From Candidatus Nomurabacteria bacterium (GTDB taxonomy: Bacteria > Patescibacteriota > Minisyncoccia > Phycocordibacterales > UBA9973), in the NCBI GenBank assembly GCA_026395965.1, contig JAPLXS010000006.1, positions 184,683 through 231,164 on the forward strand: a stretch of 46,482 nucleotides of DNA. Reading direction: 5' to 3'. A model generated the notes under the pieces. The model saw only the letters and a program-made list of their open reading frames with translations. It was not told the DNA's origin and made no database searches. This document shows, one piece after another, positions 28,388 to 37,934 of the stretch (positions are counted from its first letter, which is position 1; the number at the start of each line of letters is the position of its first letter). The position numbers were made by a program, and so were the translations under genes.

Positions 28388-29398
28388 TTATAGATTAAAC
28401 AATGGATTAATAATACCTACTCCAGCCAAACCTGCCAGAAGTGCAAACACTCCCAGCCCAACAACAACAACTCCTGCTACTTTAAAGAAAAGTGGAGCAT
28501 GTTTTGAATTAGCAAAAGATACTGAACCAAAAGAAAGAAGTGCGAGTACAGGTAGAGTTCCAAGTGCAAATGAAAACATTATCATAAATCCTGATATAAA
28601 TGAATCGCTAGATAGTGCTGCTATTTGCATTGATTGAGTAAAACCGCAAGGTAAAAAGAAAGTACCAATACCAATCAATATTGGTGCAAACATTGTATGC
28701 TCTACTTTTCTAAAAAATTTAAAAATACTACTTGGCAAAGTTATTTTATTTTTCTTAAAAATTCCCAAAAGATTTAACCCAAGTATAATCATAACAAGAG
28801 ATGCAATAAGTCCTAAAATAGCAGATAGTACAAAGTTTATCCCAATAGCTTCACCTATTAGACCCAAGACTCCTCCTAGTACCGCAAACCCAACCAATCT
28901 TCCTGCATGGAAAAGTATAAATGGTTTTTTTGCTGACTTTCCATCTTCTTGTGATATTTTTGCAGAAAGAGAAAGCACTAGTCCTCCTACGATAGCAAGA
29001 CAACTAGATAGTGATGCAATAATCCCGATAATAAAACTAGTTGTAGGCGTGGTACTACCTCCCATACCAAGATTTAAAATTCCTGATTTTTGCAAAAGGA
29101 AAAACAGTATAAGAAAAACAAGTCCAAGTAGTATAGCAATCCAAATAGTATCGTCAGGTTTTTTATCAATAATTATTTTCTCTACTGAAATAGTATAACC
29201 ATTGGTTTTTATTTTATCTGATAATATTTCTGCGATTTCAAATTTGTTTTTATCACTTTCAGTTTCTATCTCAATAGTTTCCTTTTTTAAATCAACGACA
29301 GCTTTATCTATAAGATCTTGCTCGTTTAAAACATCTTCAATAAGAATTTTACATGATGCGCAGTGTGTACCTGACACATGGTATATATATTTTTTCAT
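28388..29398 (-). CDS. HMA domain + DsbD_2/TauE-like membrane protein
   Basis: GTHCASC, SSC...GG, FH.GR, FFLPCGFTQSMQ, FALGTLP. Confidence 0.85.
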   Translation of the reverse strand: MKKYIYHVSGTHCASCKILIEDVLNEQDLIDKAVVDLKKETIEIETESDKNKFEIAEILSDKIKTNGYTISVEKIIIDKKPDDTIWIAILLGLVFLILFFLLQKSGILNLGMGGSTTPTTSFIIGIIASLSSCLAIVGGLVLSLSAKISQEDGKSAKKPFILFHAGRLVGFAVLGGVLGLIGEAIGINFVLSAILGLIASLVMIILGLNLLGIFKKNKITLPSSIFKFFRKVEHTMFAPILIGIGTFFLPCGFTQSMQIAALSSDSFISGFMIMFSFALGTLPVLALLSFGSVSFANSKHAPLFFKVAGVVVVGLGVFALLAGLAGVGIINPLFNL

Positions 29399-29399
29399 A

Positions 29400-31673
29400 T
29401 TATAATTTTTTTGTTTTTAATCGTAATGAATTTCCGACAACAGAAACACTCGAGAAAGCCATAGCTAGTCCAGCAAATATCGGGTTAAGCACTATCCCCC
29501 ATATAGGGAATAGAAGTCCTGCAGCTACTGGAATACCTATTATATTGTATATGAAAGCCCAGAAAAGGTTTTGTTTGATTCCATGCATTGTCATTTTTGA
29601 AAGTTTAATAGCTTTGACTAGTTTTGATATATCTCCGTTTAGTAGTGTTATCCCCGCTGATTCTATCGCGACATCAGTACCGGTGCCCATAGCAATACCT
29701 ACATCAGCCTGAGCGAGCGCAGGAGCGTCATTGACCCCATCTCCCGCCATAGCGACTATTCTCCCTTGTTGTTGTAATTCCTTTACCTTTTCTAATTTGT
29801 CTTTTGGTAATACATGAGCAATTACACTATCTATACCCACCAATGAGGCTATATAATCTGCCGTCTTTTTATCATCCCCTGTTACCATCACAACTTTAAT
29901 TCCAAGATTATGAAGATCTTCTACGGCTTGTTTTGATTCTTTTTTTATTTCGTCAGCCACCATCACAAAACCCATAACTTCTTTTCTTGTAGCGAGAATA
30001 ACAGGAGTTTTACCTTGTAATGTATATTTTTCTATTAGCGAGTAATTGAAATCAATATTTAAATCTTGTATAAGTTTTATATTTCCAACAAAATATTCAA
30101 TATTGTTTACTAATCCTTTTAATCCTTTTCCCTCGATGTTATAAAAGTCTGAAACATTTAAAATTTCAATTTTATTTTCTTTTGAATAATCTATTATCGC
30201 GCGAGAAATAGGATGTTCTGATTTATTTTCTAATGCTGCAATAATAGAAATAATTTTATCTTCTGTATTTTTAGAAAGATTAACAATATCCACCAACTTT
30301 GGTTTACCGACTGTTATAGTTCCCGTTTTATCAACAATCACAGTATCGACTTTATATAATTTCTCAAGTGTTGCAGCATCCTTAATAAGAATTCCTTCTT
30401 TGGCTCCTTTTCCAACTCCAACTATTATGGCAGTTGGAGTTGCTAGCCCAAGAGCACAAGGACAAGCAATAACAAGAACTCCCACAAAAGACATCAACCC
30501 ATAAGAAAGTGCTTGTGAAAACCCAAGAGAGCTAGAACCAATTACAAGCCATGACCCAAGTGATATAAATGATATAACTAAAACAATAGGTACAAATATT
30601 GCTGATATTTTATCTGCTAGGGCCTGAATAGGAGCTTTACTTCCTTGTGCTTCTTCAACCATTTTAATAATTTGAGCTAGAAGTGTTTCTGACCCAACTT
30701 TTGTTGCACTAAAAATAAAAGACCCGTTTGTATTTAGTGTTCCAGCTATAACCAAATCTCCAATTTTCTTTTCGGTTGGTACTGGCTCTCCTGTTATCAT
30801 AGATTCATCAACATAGGAATATCCTTCTGTGACAATGCCGTCAACAGGTATTTTTGTTCCTGGTTTAACAATAATTAAATCTCCATGATTTACTTCATTT
30901 ACAGATACTTCAATTTCTTTCCCATCACATATTATAAATGCTGTCTTGGCTCCCAAATTTAAAAGTTTTTCTATTGCATCTCCTGTTTTTATTTTAGAGC
31001 GAAATTCTAAATATTTACCTAATGTAATAAATGCAATCACTACAATAGTTACATCAAAATATGTACTTTCTACATTTAAAAATGGTTTTAATAGATCTTC
31101 AAAAGAAGAAACAATAAAACTATAGATAAAAGCTGCTATGGTTCCCATACCTATGAGTGTGTCCATGTTGGCCTTGCCATAACGTACAAAACGATAAAAT
31201 CCAAGTAGATAAGGTTTACCAACAACAAATAAAGTATAAGTAGCCATGACAGGAAGAAGATGGTGAAAGAATTCTTTTACTGTGTAACTCATTTCTGGGA
31301 TTTTATTATATGAAGCAAGGATATCCCATGACATAATAAAAACACTAATAAGTGCCAATGGAATAACTGATATTAATTTATTTTTCATATCTTTTAGCTC
31401 GAGTATCTTTTCTTTTTTTGATTGGTCCATATCTACAACAGACGAGCTATTCTCATCTGAGCCTGAAAAGACAAGAGAATACCCTAGCGGTTCTATTTTT
31501 TCTGAAAGTTCATTTATTTTTATTTTTGTTTCATCAAATAAAATTTTGACTCCTTCTGTTGTATAGTTTACTTCTACAAAAGAAACGCCATCAATTTTTT
31601 TGAAGGTTCTCTCTATGACTCCTGCACACGAAGCACAGTGCATTCCTTTTATTTTATATTTTTTATTTATCAT
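29400..31673 (-). CDS. copA: Copper-translocating P1B-type ATPase
   Basis: [40 protein letters not shown]. Confidence 0.95.
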   Translation of the reverse strand: MINKKYKIKGMHCASCAGVIERTFKKIDGVSFVEVNYTTEGVKILFDETKIKINELSEKIEPLGYSLVFSGSDENSSSVVDMDQSKKEKILELKDMKNKLISVIPLALISVFIMSWDILASYNKIPEMSYTVKEFFHHLLPVMATYTLFVVGKPYLLGFYRFVRYGKANMDTLIGMGTIAAFIYSFIVSSFEDLLKPFLNVESTYFDVTIVVIAFITLGKYLEFRSKIKTGDAIEKLLNLGAKTAFIICDGKEIEVSVNEVNHGDLIIVKPGTKIPVDGIVTEGYSYVDESMITGEPVPTEKKIGDLVIAGTLNTNGSFIFSATKVGSETLLAQIIKMVEEAQGSKAPIQALADKISAIFVPIVLVISFISLGSWLVIGSSSLGFSQALSYGLMSFVGVLVIACPCALGLATPTAIIVGVGKGAKEGILIKDAATLEKLYKVDTVIVDKTGTITVGKPKLVDIVNLSKNTEDKIISIIAALENKSEHPISRAIIDYSKENKIEILNVSDFYNIEGKGLKGLVNNIEYFVGNIKLIQDLNIDFNYSLIEKYTLQGKTPVILATRKEVMGFVMVADEIKKESKQAVEDLHNLGIKVVMVTGDDKKTADYIASLVGIDSVIAHVLPKDKLEKVKELQQQGRIVAMAGDGVNDAPALAQADVGIAMGTGTDVAIESAGITLLNGDISKLVKAIKLSKMTMHGIKQNLFWAFIYNIIGIPVAAGLLFPIWGIVLNPIFAGLAMAFSSVSVVGNSLRLKTKKL

Positions 31674-31697
31674 AAATTTTAAAATATAATTAACAAA

Positions 31698-31961
31698 TTA
31701 CTTTCTCTTAAGTCCATAAACTTTTAATATCTCTTTGGTTGCTTTATCGGTTTGACCTTTTTTTATTTGATTTATAAGACAAGTCCCAATATGACTCTGC
31801 ATGAGAGCATCTTCAACAGAAGAAAGAGCTTGTTTTACCGCAGATGTCTGAGTGATAATATCTATACAATATTTATTGTCTTCAACCATAGTTTGAAGAC
31901 CACGAACTTGACCCTCTATTATCTTTAACCTACGCATTAGTTTTTGTTTTTCATTCATCAT
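31698..31961 (-). CDS. csoR: CsoR/RcnR-family metal-sensing repressor
   Basis: RRLKIIEGQVRGL..M....YCIDI, H...C; second ATG at 31958 possible. Confidence 0.9.
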   Translation of the reverse strand: MMNEKQKLMRRLKIIEGQVRGLQTMVEDNKYCIDIITQTSAVKQALSSVEDALMQSHIGTCLINQIKKGQTDKATKEILKVYGLKRK

Positions 31962-31964
31962 TTT

Positions 31965-31993
31965 ATGATATACCCCTAGGGGGTATATGTCAA
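31965..31993 (-). promoter_or_regulatory. Sigma70 promoter with overlapping CsoR operator
   Basis: Minus strand TTGACA-17 nt-TATCAT; palindrome ATATACCCC-TAG-GGGGTATAT (31968-31988) between -35 and -10. Confidence 0.88.
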
Positions 31994-32005
31994 TATTAAG
32001 TTAAA

Positions 32006-32053
32006 TTAGGGGTCCAACCCCTAACAGACCCTCTTTAGGGGTTGGACCCCTAA
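32006..32053. repeat. REP-like doublet inverted repeat
   Basis: TTAGGGGTCCAACCCCTAA-10 nt-TTAGGGGTTGGACCCCTAA; each arm is itself a hairpin. Confidence 0.7.
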
Positions 32054-32076
32054 CACATTGTGGTATAATAAATAAC

Positions 32077-32352
32077 ATGGAATCAATTTTAAGGTCGGAT
32101 ATATTTTTCTTTATTACTTCTATTTCTGTAATTATTATTACGATATTTCTTCTTGTTGCACTATTTTATTTTATAAAAATGTTAATAAATTTTTATAAAA
32201 TATCAGTAATACTTAGAAAATATACAGAGGCTACAGATAATGGACTTAGAGATATAGGAAGCCATATAAGACAGAGCCCTTTATTCACTTTTATTTTTGG
32301 TAAAGAAAAAATAAAAAAGGAGCCTGAAAGGCATTCTAAAAAATCAATTTAG
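32077..32352 (+). CDS. Hypothetical membrane-anchored protein
   Basis: 91 aa with N-terminal TM; TGGTATAAT 7 nt upstream. Confidence 0.65.
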   Translation: MESILRSDIFFFITSISVIIITIFLLVALFYFIKMLINFYKISVILRKYTEATDNGLRDIGSHIRQSPLFTFIFGKEKIKKEPERHSKKSI

Positions 32353-32411
32353 TGAATTGTTTTAAATTATTAACTTGCCCAGCTATATGCGAGGGTTAAA
32401 CATGAAAAATT

Positions 32412-32774
32412 ATGGCAAAGAAAAAAGAAAGCGGATTGGGTATAAAACAAGCATTGGGAATAGGAGCAGGAGTTGCTGCTCTTAGTGCTGCAGCTTATGT
32501 ACTATTTGGACCAGAAGGAAAAAAGAATCGTAAAATAATACGTGGTTGGTCAGTAAAAATGAAGGGTGAAATAATAGAAAAGTTTGAAAATGCAAAAGAA
32601 CTTACAGAACCAGTGTATCATCAAATAATAGATGCAGCTGAAGCCAAATATGCAAAACTTAAAAACGTAGACCAAGATGAATTGGTTAAAGTAGTATCAG
32701 AAATAAAGAAACACTGGAAATCTCTTAAAAAAGAGGCTCTTGGTAAAAAAACAAAAACTATAAAAAAGAAGTAA
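32412..32774 (+). CDS. Hypothetical protein (YtxH-like N-terminus)
   Basis: Gly/Ala-rich TM then P.GKKNR; terminator downstream. Confidence 0.65.
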   Translation: MAKKKESGLGIKQALGIGAGVAALSAAAYVLFGPEGKKNRKIIRGWSVKMKGEIIEKFENAKELTEPVYHQIIDAAEAKYAKLKNVDQDELVKVVSEIKKHWKSLKKEALGKKTKTIKKK

Positions 32775-32785
32775 TATATACATTT

Positions 32786-32815
32786 AAAAATCCCTCCTAC
32801 ATGGAGGGATTTTTT
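32786..32815 (+). terminator. Intrinsic terminator
   Basis: AAAAATCCCTCC-TACAT-GGAGGGATTTTT. Confidence 0.75.
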
Positions 32816-32833
32816 GTGTTATTATAATAATAT

Positions 32834-33979
32834 ATGAATAATCTTTACGAAAAATCAATTGAATTACACAAACAAAATGGCGGTAAATTAGAACTAAAAA
32901 GTAAGGTTCCTTTGTTAAACAAAGACGACCTGTCTTTAGCATATACTCCTGGAGTAGCTGGTGTTTGTCTTGCAATATCAGACAATAAAGACCTAGCTAG
33001 CGTTTATACGCTCAAGAAAAATACTGTTGCTATAATATCTGACGGTACCGCAATACTAGGTCTTGGCGACTTGGGTCCACTTGCTGCAATCCCTGTCATG
33101 GAGGGAAAGGCTGCAATTTTTAAAGAGTTTGGTGGAGTAGATGCATTCCCTATTTGTCTAGATACAAAAGATACTGAAGAAATTATAAAAACTATTAAAT
33201 TAATTGCTCCAGTTTTTGGAGGAATAAATCTTGAAGATATTTCTGCTCCAAGATGTTTTGAAATAGAAGAACGTTTAAGAAAAGAGTTGGACATACCTGT
33301 GATGCATGATGATCAATGGGGAGCTGCGACAGTTACTCTTGCTGCACTTATCAATTCTTTAAAAATAGTAGACGTAGATAAAAGCGAGGCTATCGTTGTC
33401 ATATCAGGAGTTGGTGCTGCTGGGGTTGCCACAGGACGCTTGCTCCACAGCTACGGAATAACTAAAACTATATTCTGTGATAGTAAGGGAATTATAACTT
33501 CAAAAAGAGAAAATCTAACCAAGGAAAAAATTGAATTACTTAATGGAAGTACAATAGAAGAAAAAGAAGGCGGATTAGAAACTGCTATTAAAAATGCAAA
33601 TGTCTTTATTGGATTATCAAAACCAAATGTTTTAAGTGTAGATATGGTAAAAAGTATGGCTCCAAAACCAATCATTTTTGCACTCGCAAACCCAAACCCA
33701 GAAATAACCCCAGAAAAAGCTTTAGAGGGTGGTGCATACGTAATAGCAACCGGACGTTCTGATTATCCAAATCAAATAAATAATTCTCTTGTATTTCCAG
33801 GAGCATTTAAGGCTATGCTAGATAATAAAATACCCCAATTTGAAAATAAAATTTTTATAACAGTAGCAGAAGCCCTCGCTCTTGTTGTAGAAAACCCTAC
33901 TCCACAAAGAGTGATTCCAAGTATGTTTGATGCTGGTGTAAAAGATGCGGTTTACAATGCAGTCTCTTCTCTTAAATAA
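32834..33979 (+). CDS. NAD(P)-dependent malic enzyme
   Basis: LSLAYTPGVA, DGTAILGLGD, VMEGK, INLEDI..P.CF, HDDQ.G, G.GAAG, ATGRSDYPNQINN. Confidence 0.93.
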   Translation: MNNLYEKSIELHKQNGGKLELKSKVPLLNKDDLSLAYTPGVAGVCLAISDNKDLASVYTLKKNTVAIISDGTAILGLGDLGPLAAIPVMEGKAAIFKEFGGVDAFPICLDTKDTEEIIKTIKLIAPVFGGINLEDISAPRCFEIEERLRKELDIPVMHDDQWGAATVTLAALINSLKIVDVDKSEAIVVISGVGAAGVATGRLLHSYGITKTIFCDSKGIITSKRENLTKEKIELLNGSTIEEKEGGLETAIKNANVFIGLSKPNVLSVDMVKSMAPKPIIFALANPNPEITPEKALEGGAYVIATGRSDYPNQINNSLVFPGAFKAMLDNKIPQFENKIFITVAEALALVVENPTPQRVIPSMFDAGVKDAVYNAVSSLK

Positions 33980-34061
33980 TCTCTTGGGTTAATGGTTCAA
34001 TATTAATCAAAATAAATGTTTTAGTCTTTCTTTATAAACAGAGTGTTGATATAATAAAAAT

Positions 34062-34538
34062 ATGGATGAAATAAAAATAGACACAATAGAATGGTCCGCT
34101 CCTGAATACTCACACAAAGAACGTAGTAACGATTGGTTTTGGTCTCTTGGACTTATCACGATTATTGCAGCTGGAATTGCTTTCTGGTTCAATAGCAATA
34201 TATTTGCAATTTTTATTTTAATATCTGGTGGTACTTTAATTATGTTTACTTTTAGGCACCCCAATGATGTAACTTACATCATTGAAACAAAAGGGCTCAC
34301 TATGGGAAAAGATCTTCATATTTGGAAAAGTATAAAAAGTTTCAATATCAAAAATATAGATACTGAACCTTATGCAAAAATACTAATAGAAACAAGTAAT
34401 TACATTTTACCAATATACACTATTCCCTTCCCAAAAGAATTGGAATCTCAAATAAAAGAAAATCTACTTAAAATAACACCTCGTTCAGAAATAGATGAAT
34501 CAAAATCAATGGTATTTATGGAAAAGTTGGGGTTCTAA
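34062..34538 (+). CDS. Conserved hypothetical two-TM protein
   Basis: W.APEY...ER..DWFW followed by two TMs. Confidence 0.65.
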   Translation: MDEIKIDTIEWSAPEYSHKERSNDWFWSLGLITIIAAGIAFWFNSNIFAIFILISGGTLIMFTFRHPNDVTYIIETKGLTMGKDLHIWKSIKSFNIKNIDTEPYAKILIETSNYILPIYTIPFPKELESQIKENLLKITPRSEIDESKSMVFMEKLGF

Positions 34539-34544
34539 TAGAAA

Positions 34545-34577
34545 TATAAAAAGCCTAGGTAAACCTAAGCTTTTTAT
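34545..34577. terminator. Bidirectional terminator, near-identical to the hairpin at 36023-36056
   Basis: ATAAAAAGCCTAGG-TAAA-CCTAAGCTTTTTAT. Confidence 0.7.
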
Positions 34578-34585
34578 TATATTTA

Positions 34586-35743
34586 TTAGAACTGACTAAT
34601 TATTTTTTCTAGAACTTTAATTCTAAATTTAATTATATTTTTAGAATTAATTGATAGATAATTATCAGTTTCTTTAAAAACTTCCCTTAGGAATGAGAGT
34701 TCTGAATATTTTTTTAAATATATTTTATACTTTTCATCTCCTTCCATATTTGATATGTTTTGATTTAATTCATTAATAGACTCTTCTATCTTTAAAAGAT
34801 GCCCATCCTCAGTTTCTTTATGGGTTGAATGAGACATATCTTCAAATTCTTTCTCAAGTTTATTAATTTTATTTTCATATTCTTTGCTAATTTTAACTTT
34901 ATAATTCTTATAGAGACTTTCATATAATTGTTCTTTATTTAGAGTTTGGTTTATTGTTTGATTTTCCAAATAAAAAGCCTGAGAAAGAGAACTCATGGTA
35001 GAGTAAAAACACTGGTCTAGATAAGCATTATATTTATCTTTACCAACCTTTAGTATAGTTTGTATTTTATTACCTAGACTAGCCTTATATTTTCCCCCAG
35101 AAAATACTGGGGATTCTTGTAATATTTTTCTTTTTTCATCAATACTTTTATTGTACCATTCGGATAGATTTTTAATTCCATTATTTTTCAAAGCATCTAA
35201 GGGAGATAATATCTCTATCAATTTATTGTTATTTTCAGATTCTTTTTTTAGGCATTCTATAACTTCTGGTTTAAGATTCAATAATTCTTCTGGGTATTTA
35301 TGTTCAGAATATTCATAAAATTTTTTAAAATCTGAATTTTCCATACCCTCTGCTAAACTCTTTGATTCCCCAGGGTAAAGTATTTTTGATTTTTCTATAT
35401 AGTTAGGATACTGTATTAATCTCATAAAAAAATCATAATTTCTATCTAATTCTAGAGATGCGTTGTCATTATCTTTATTAAAATCTTCTGTTATTTTATT
35501 TTTTAAATTTTCAACATAATTATTGTCGAAATGGTCAAAATTATATGGTATAGCATCTAAGTTAACCAAAATAGACATTTTTTCTTCAAATGTTTTCTGA
35601 GACCAATCTTCAAAAGTTTCAACATTGTTTTCTTTTACAAAAGATATTTTGTCTTCTAGTTTTACAGATAGATTATTTTCAGTTTCTTTTTTGCTAGCAG
35701 AATTATCTACTTCAGTTTTATTAAAAATGTTAAATTTTTCCAT
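34586..35743 (-). CDS. Hypothetical protein (K/E/N-rich, helical)
   Basis: 385-aa ORF, TGGTATAAT 6 nt upstream; no motif recognised. Confidence 0.6.
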   Translation of the reverse strand: MEKFNIFNKTEVDNSASKKETENNLSVKLEDKISFVKENNVETFEDWSQKTFEEKMSILVNLDAIPYNFDHFDNNYVENLKNKITEDFNKDNDNASLELDRNYDFFMRLIQYPNYIEKSKILYPGESKSLAEGMENSDFKKFYEYSEHKYPEELLNLKPEVIECLKKESENNNKLIEILSPLDALKNNGIKNLSEWYNKSIDEKRKILQESPVFSGGKYKASLGNKIQTILKVGKDKYNAYLDQCFYSTMSSLSQAFYLENQTINQTLNKEQLYESLYKNYKVKISKEYENKINKLEKEFEDMSHSTHKETEDGHLLKIEESINELNQNISNMEGDEKYKIYLKKYSELSFLREVFKETDNYLSINSKNIIKFRIKVLEKIISQF

Positions 35744-35763
35744 ATGTTTATTATACCATAGAT

Positions 35764-36056
35764 ACAGGGCCGCGAGTACATATATCGCCTATTACATAGG
35801 CAGGTACTTTTCGCTCTGGTTAACACCAGAGAACGAAAAGTCTTTCGATTTCCTCCCGGTTCGATTTACTAATCGCCTGCACGCAAGACATATAGAGGTC
35901 TCGGTAGGGTAATCTTCCTCTACGAGGACAGTATGCCTTTTCGTTCCGATTAACATCGGAAAACGAAAAGCCCTTCGATTCCTGCACGCAAGCCAAGCAA
36001 TTGGCTTGCTCGGGATCACAATATAAAAAAGCTTAGGTTTACCTAAGCTTTTTTAT
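35764..36056 (-). repeat. tRNA-matched structured 3' element (two tandem units) behind a truncated tRNA
   Basis: TGATCCCG[AGCAAGCCAATTGCTTGGCTTGCGT]GCAGGAATCGAA; 41-nt identity to 24338-24378; CGAT[ATATGTACTCGCGG]CCCTG. Confidence 0.85.
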
Positions 36057-36082
36057 CGTCCTATCCATTGAACGACGGGACC
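36057..36082 (-). pseudogene. Truncated tRNA (5' acceptor strand + D arm only), probably tRNA-Arg
   Basis: GGTCCCG-TC-GTTC-AATGGATA-GGAC-G; same D loop as tRNA-Arg(TCT); anticodon arm, T arm and 3' strand absent. Confidence 0.75.
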
Positions 36083-36204
36083 ATATTATCACGTTATAAA
36101 TCTACACCAAATAGACCATAATCGCAAGCTCATTGTGTTTTTGTATTTGTGATACACTATAAACATGTCGAAGTTTATAAACTTTAATTAAGTAATTTAT
36201 TAAA

Positions 36205-36498
36205 ATGGAAAATAATTGTTGTGAGAATAAAGAAAAAATGAATTGTGGTCATGGGGTAAATAGTTGTTGTATGAAAAAATGCCATATGATGAAAAAATTA
36301 TTGATTCTTGTTTTTATTATTATCGCTTTCTGTATGGGAACACAGTGGGGAGAAATGAGATCTTACTCTCGTGGTTCTAACTATGGAAGAGGAATGATGT
36401 GGGGTAATGGTTTTGAAGCAAGATTTGATAAAACAATAGCTCCGATAGATGAAGCAAAAGTAGAATCAAATAAAGAAGTGGTAGCACCAAAACAATAA
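36205..36498 (+). CDS. Hypothetical protein with Cys/His/Met-rich N-terminus and one TM
   Basis: NNCCE..NCGHG.NSCCMKKCH, TM, GMMWG. Confidence 0.6.
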   Translation: MENNCCENKEKMNCGHGVNSCCMKKCHMMKKLLILVFIIIAFCMGTQWGEMRSYSRGSNYGRGMMWGNGFEARFDKTIAPIDEAKVESNKEVVAPKQ

Positions 36499-36499
36499 A

Positions 36500-36541
36500 T
36501 AGATAAAAATAAAACCCCGTTTGGGGTTTTATTTTTATCTA
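36500..36541. terminator. Bidirectional terminator
   Basis: AGATAAAAATAAAACCCC-GTTT-GGGGTTTTATTTTTATCT. Confidence 0.75.
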
Positions 36542-36817
36542 TTTAACTTCTGACCAATCTTTTACCTCTTTGTATGTAGCTTCTCCACAAATAGTTTTAC
36601 CAGTAAACTGGTTTAATAGGAATGGAACGCCTCCACACATGTTTTCCCCTATGTCTAATTCTTCCATCATCTTATCGTTTTCTTTATTGTGCCAAATTTC
36701 TATTTTTTTAATATTAATACCCTCTTCGATGAGTTTGTCTACACTTTTTTCTGTGACCATACAATGTGGGCATTCTAAACCATAGAAAAACAATAAATCT
36801 TTTGTTTCTTTAGTCAT
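36539..36817 (-). CDS. Thioredoxin/glutaredoxin-like protein
   Basis: FYG.ECPHC, E.WHN, CGGVPF (cis-Pro). Confidence 0.82.
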   Translation of the reverse strand: MTKETKDLLFFYGLECPHCMVTEKSVDKLIEEGINIKKIEIWHNKENDKMMEELDIGENMCGGVPFLLNQFTGKTICGEATYKEVKDWSEVK

Positions 36818-36894
36818 AGATTAATTATACTAAAAATAAAAAGGCGTACAACCTCTGGGCTCTCTTGAGGTTGGACGTCTTTTTATTTTGGTTT

Positions 36895-37149
36895 TTATTT
36901 TGTTATCTTTGAAAGTCTAGCCTTTTTACGGGAAGCAGTATTCTTTTTTATTACTCCTCTCTTTGCAGCTTTGTCTATAACACTGTAAGCAGATGGTAAT
37001 AATTTCTTTGCTTCAACTTTGTTCTTTTCTTTAAGAAACTTTTCAATTTTCTTAACAGTTTCTTTTATGTTTTTCTTATTACGGTCATTTGTTGCTTTTT
37101 TAACAAGTGATCCCTTTAGGGCTTTCTTTGCTGATTTTGTAATTGGCAT
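36895..37149 (-). CDS. rpsT: 30S ribosomal protein S20
   Basis: PITKSAKKA, IDKAAKRGVIKKNTASRKKARL. Confidence 0.95.
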   Translation of the reverse strand: MPITKSAKKALKGSLVKKATNDRNKKNIKETVKKIEKFLKEKNKVEAKKLLPSAYSVIDKAAKRGVIKKNTASRKKARLSKITK

Positions 37150-37332
37150 ATTATATTTAATTATGAATTAATAATTACTAATTAAGAATTTATTTTTCAA
37201 TTTTAGCCGAGACACCAGCCCCTCAATGAGGAATCCCCAACCGGGAGATAATGTTGAATACAAGTATATTAACAGAAAATCTATATTATGTAAATGGGTG
37301 TAAATTTTAAATAAAAAAAGTATAATATATTT

Positions 37333-37911
37333 ATGATTGCAAGAATAGAAGGCATTATCGTCCATATGGACACAAAATTTATAGTTGTAGATGTTTCTGG
37401 TGTTGGATATAAATTATCTGTAACAGCGGACACTCTTTTATCTTCAGGTTTAGGAGACCATGCTTCATTTTGGGTACATACAGCTGTACGAGAAAACTCC
37501 ATAGATTTATATGGGTTTAAAACTATAAATGAAATGTCTTTTTTTGAATTACTCCTTGATGTTTCTGGTATTGGTCCAAGATCAGCATTATCTATACTAG
37601 CAATCGCCCCTATTGATACACTCAAGAGAGCTATAGCTATGGGAGATATGGGATATTTAAATAAAGTTTCTGGTATTGGCAAAAAAACTGCTGAAAAAAT
37701 AATTATTGAACTACGAGACAAATTGAAAGATTATAAAAACGACAACGACACCCCAGGACTACTTCGAGATGAAAGTGATATTATCGAAGCTCTAAAATCT
37801 CTAGGTTACTCTCAAAATGAGGCTCGCGAAGCAATGAAACAAGTCCCCTCTACAATAGAAGGTACAAATGCTCGCATAAAAGAAGCTCTTCGTGTTCTTA
37901 GTAGTCGTTAA
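37333..37911 (+). CDS. ruvA: Holliday junction branch migration protein RuvA
   Basis: VSGVGY, VRE...LYGF, VSGIGPRSAL, GIGKKTAEKIIIEL, AL.SLGY. Confidence 0.95.
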   Translation: MIARIEGIIVHMDTKFIVVDVSGVGYKLSVTADTLLSSGLGDHASFWVHTAVRENSIDLYGFKTINEMSFFELLLDVSGIGPRSALSILAIAPIDTLKRAIAMGDMGYLNKVSGIGKKTAEKIIIELRDKLKDYKNDNDTPGLLRDESDIIEALKSLGYSQNEAREAMKQVPSTIEGTNARIKEALRVLSSR

Positions 37912-37934
37912 TTTTAATTCTTAATTATTTTATT

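Noticed and set aside
35625-36019. 95-aa and 75-aa ORFs
   Set aside because: They run through the hairpin-rich repeat element, have atypical composition and no motifs.
37281-37721. 146-aa minus-strand ORF and similar antisense ORFs within nrdJ, copA, polA, rplS and the malic enzyme gene
   Set aside because: Shadow frames opposite well-supported genes.
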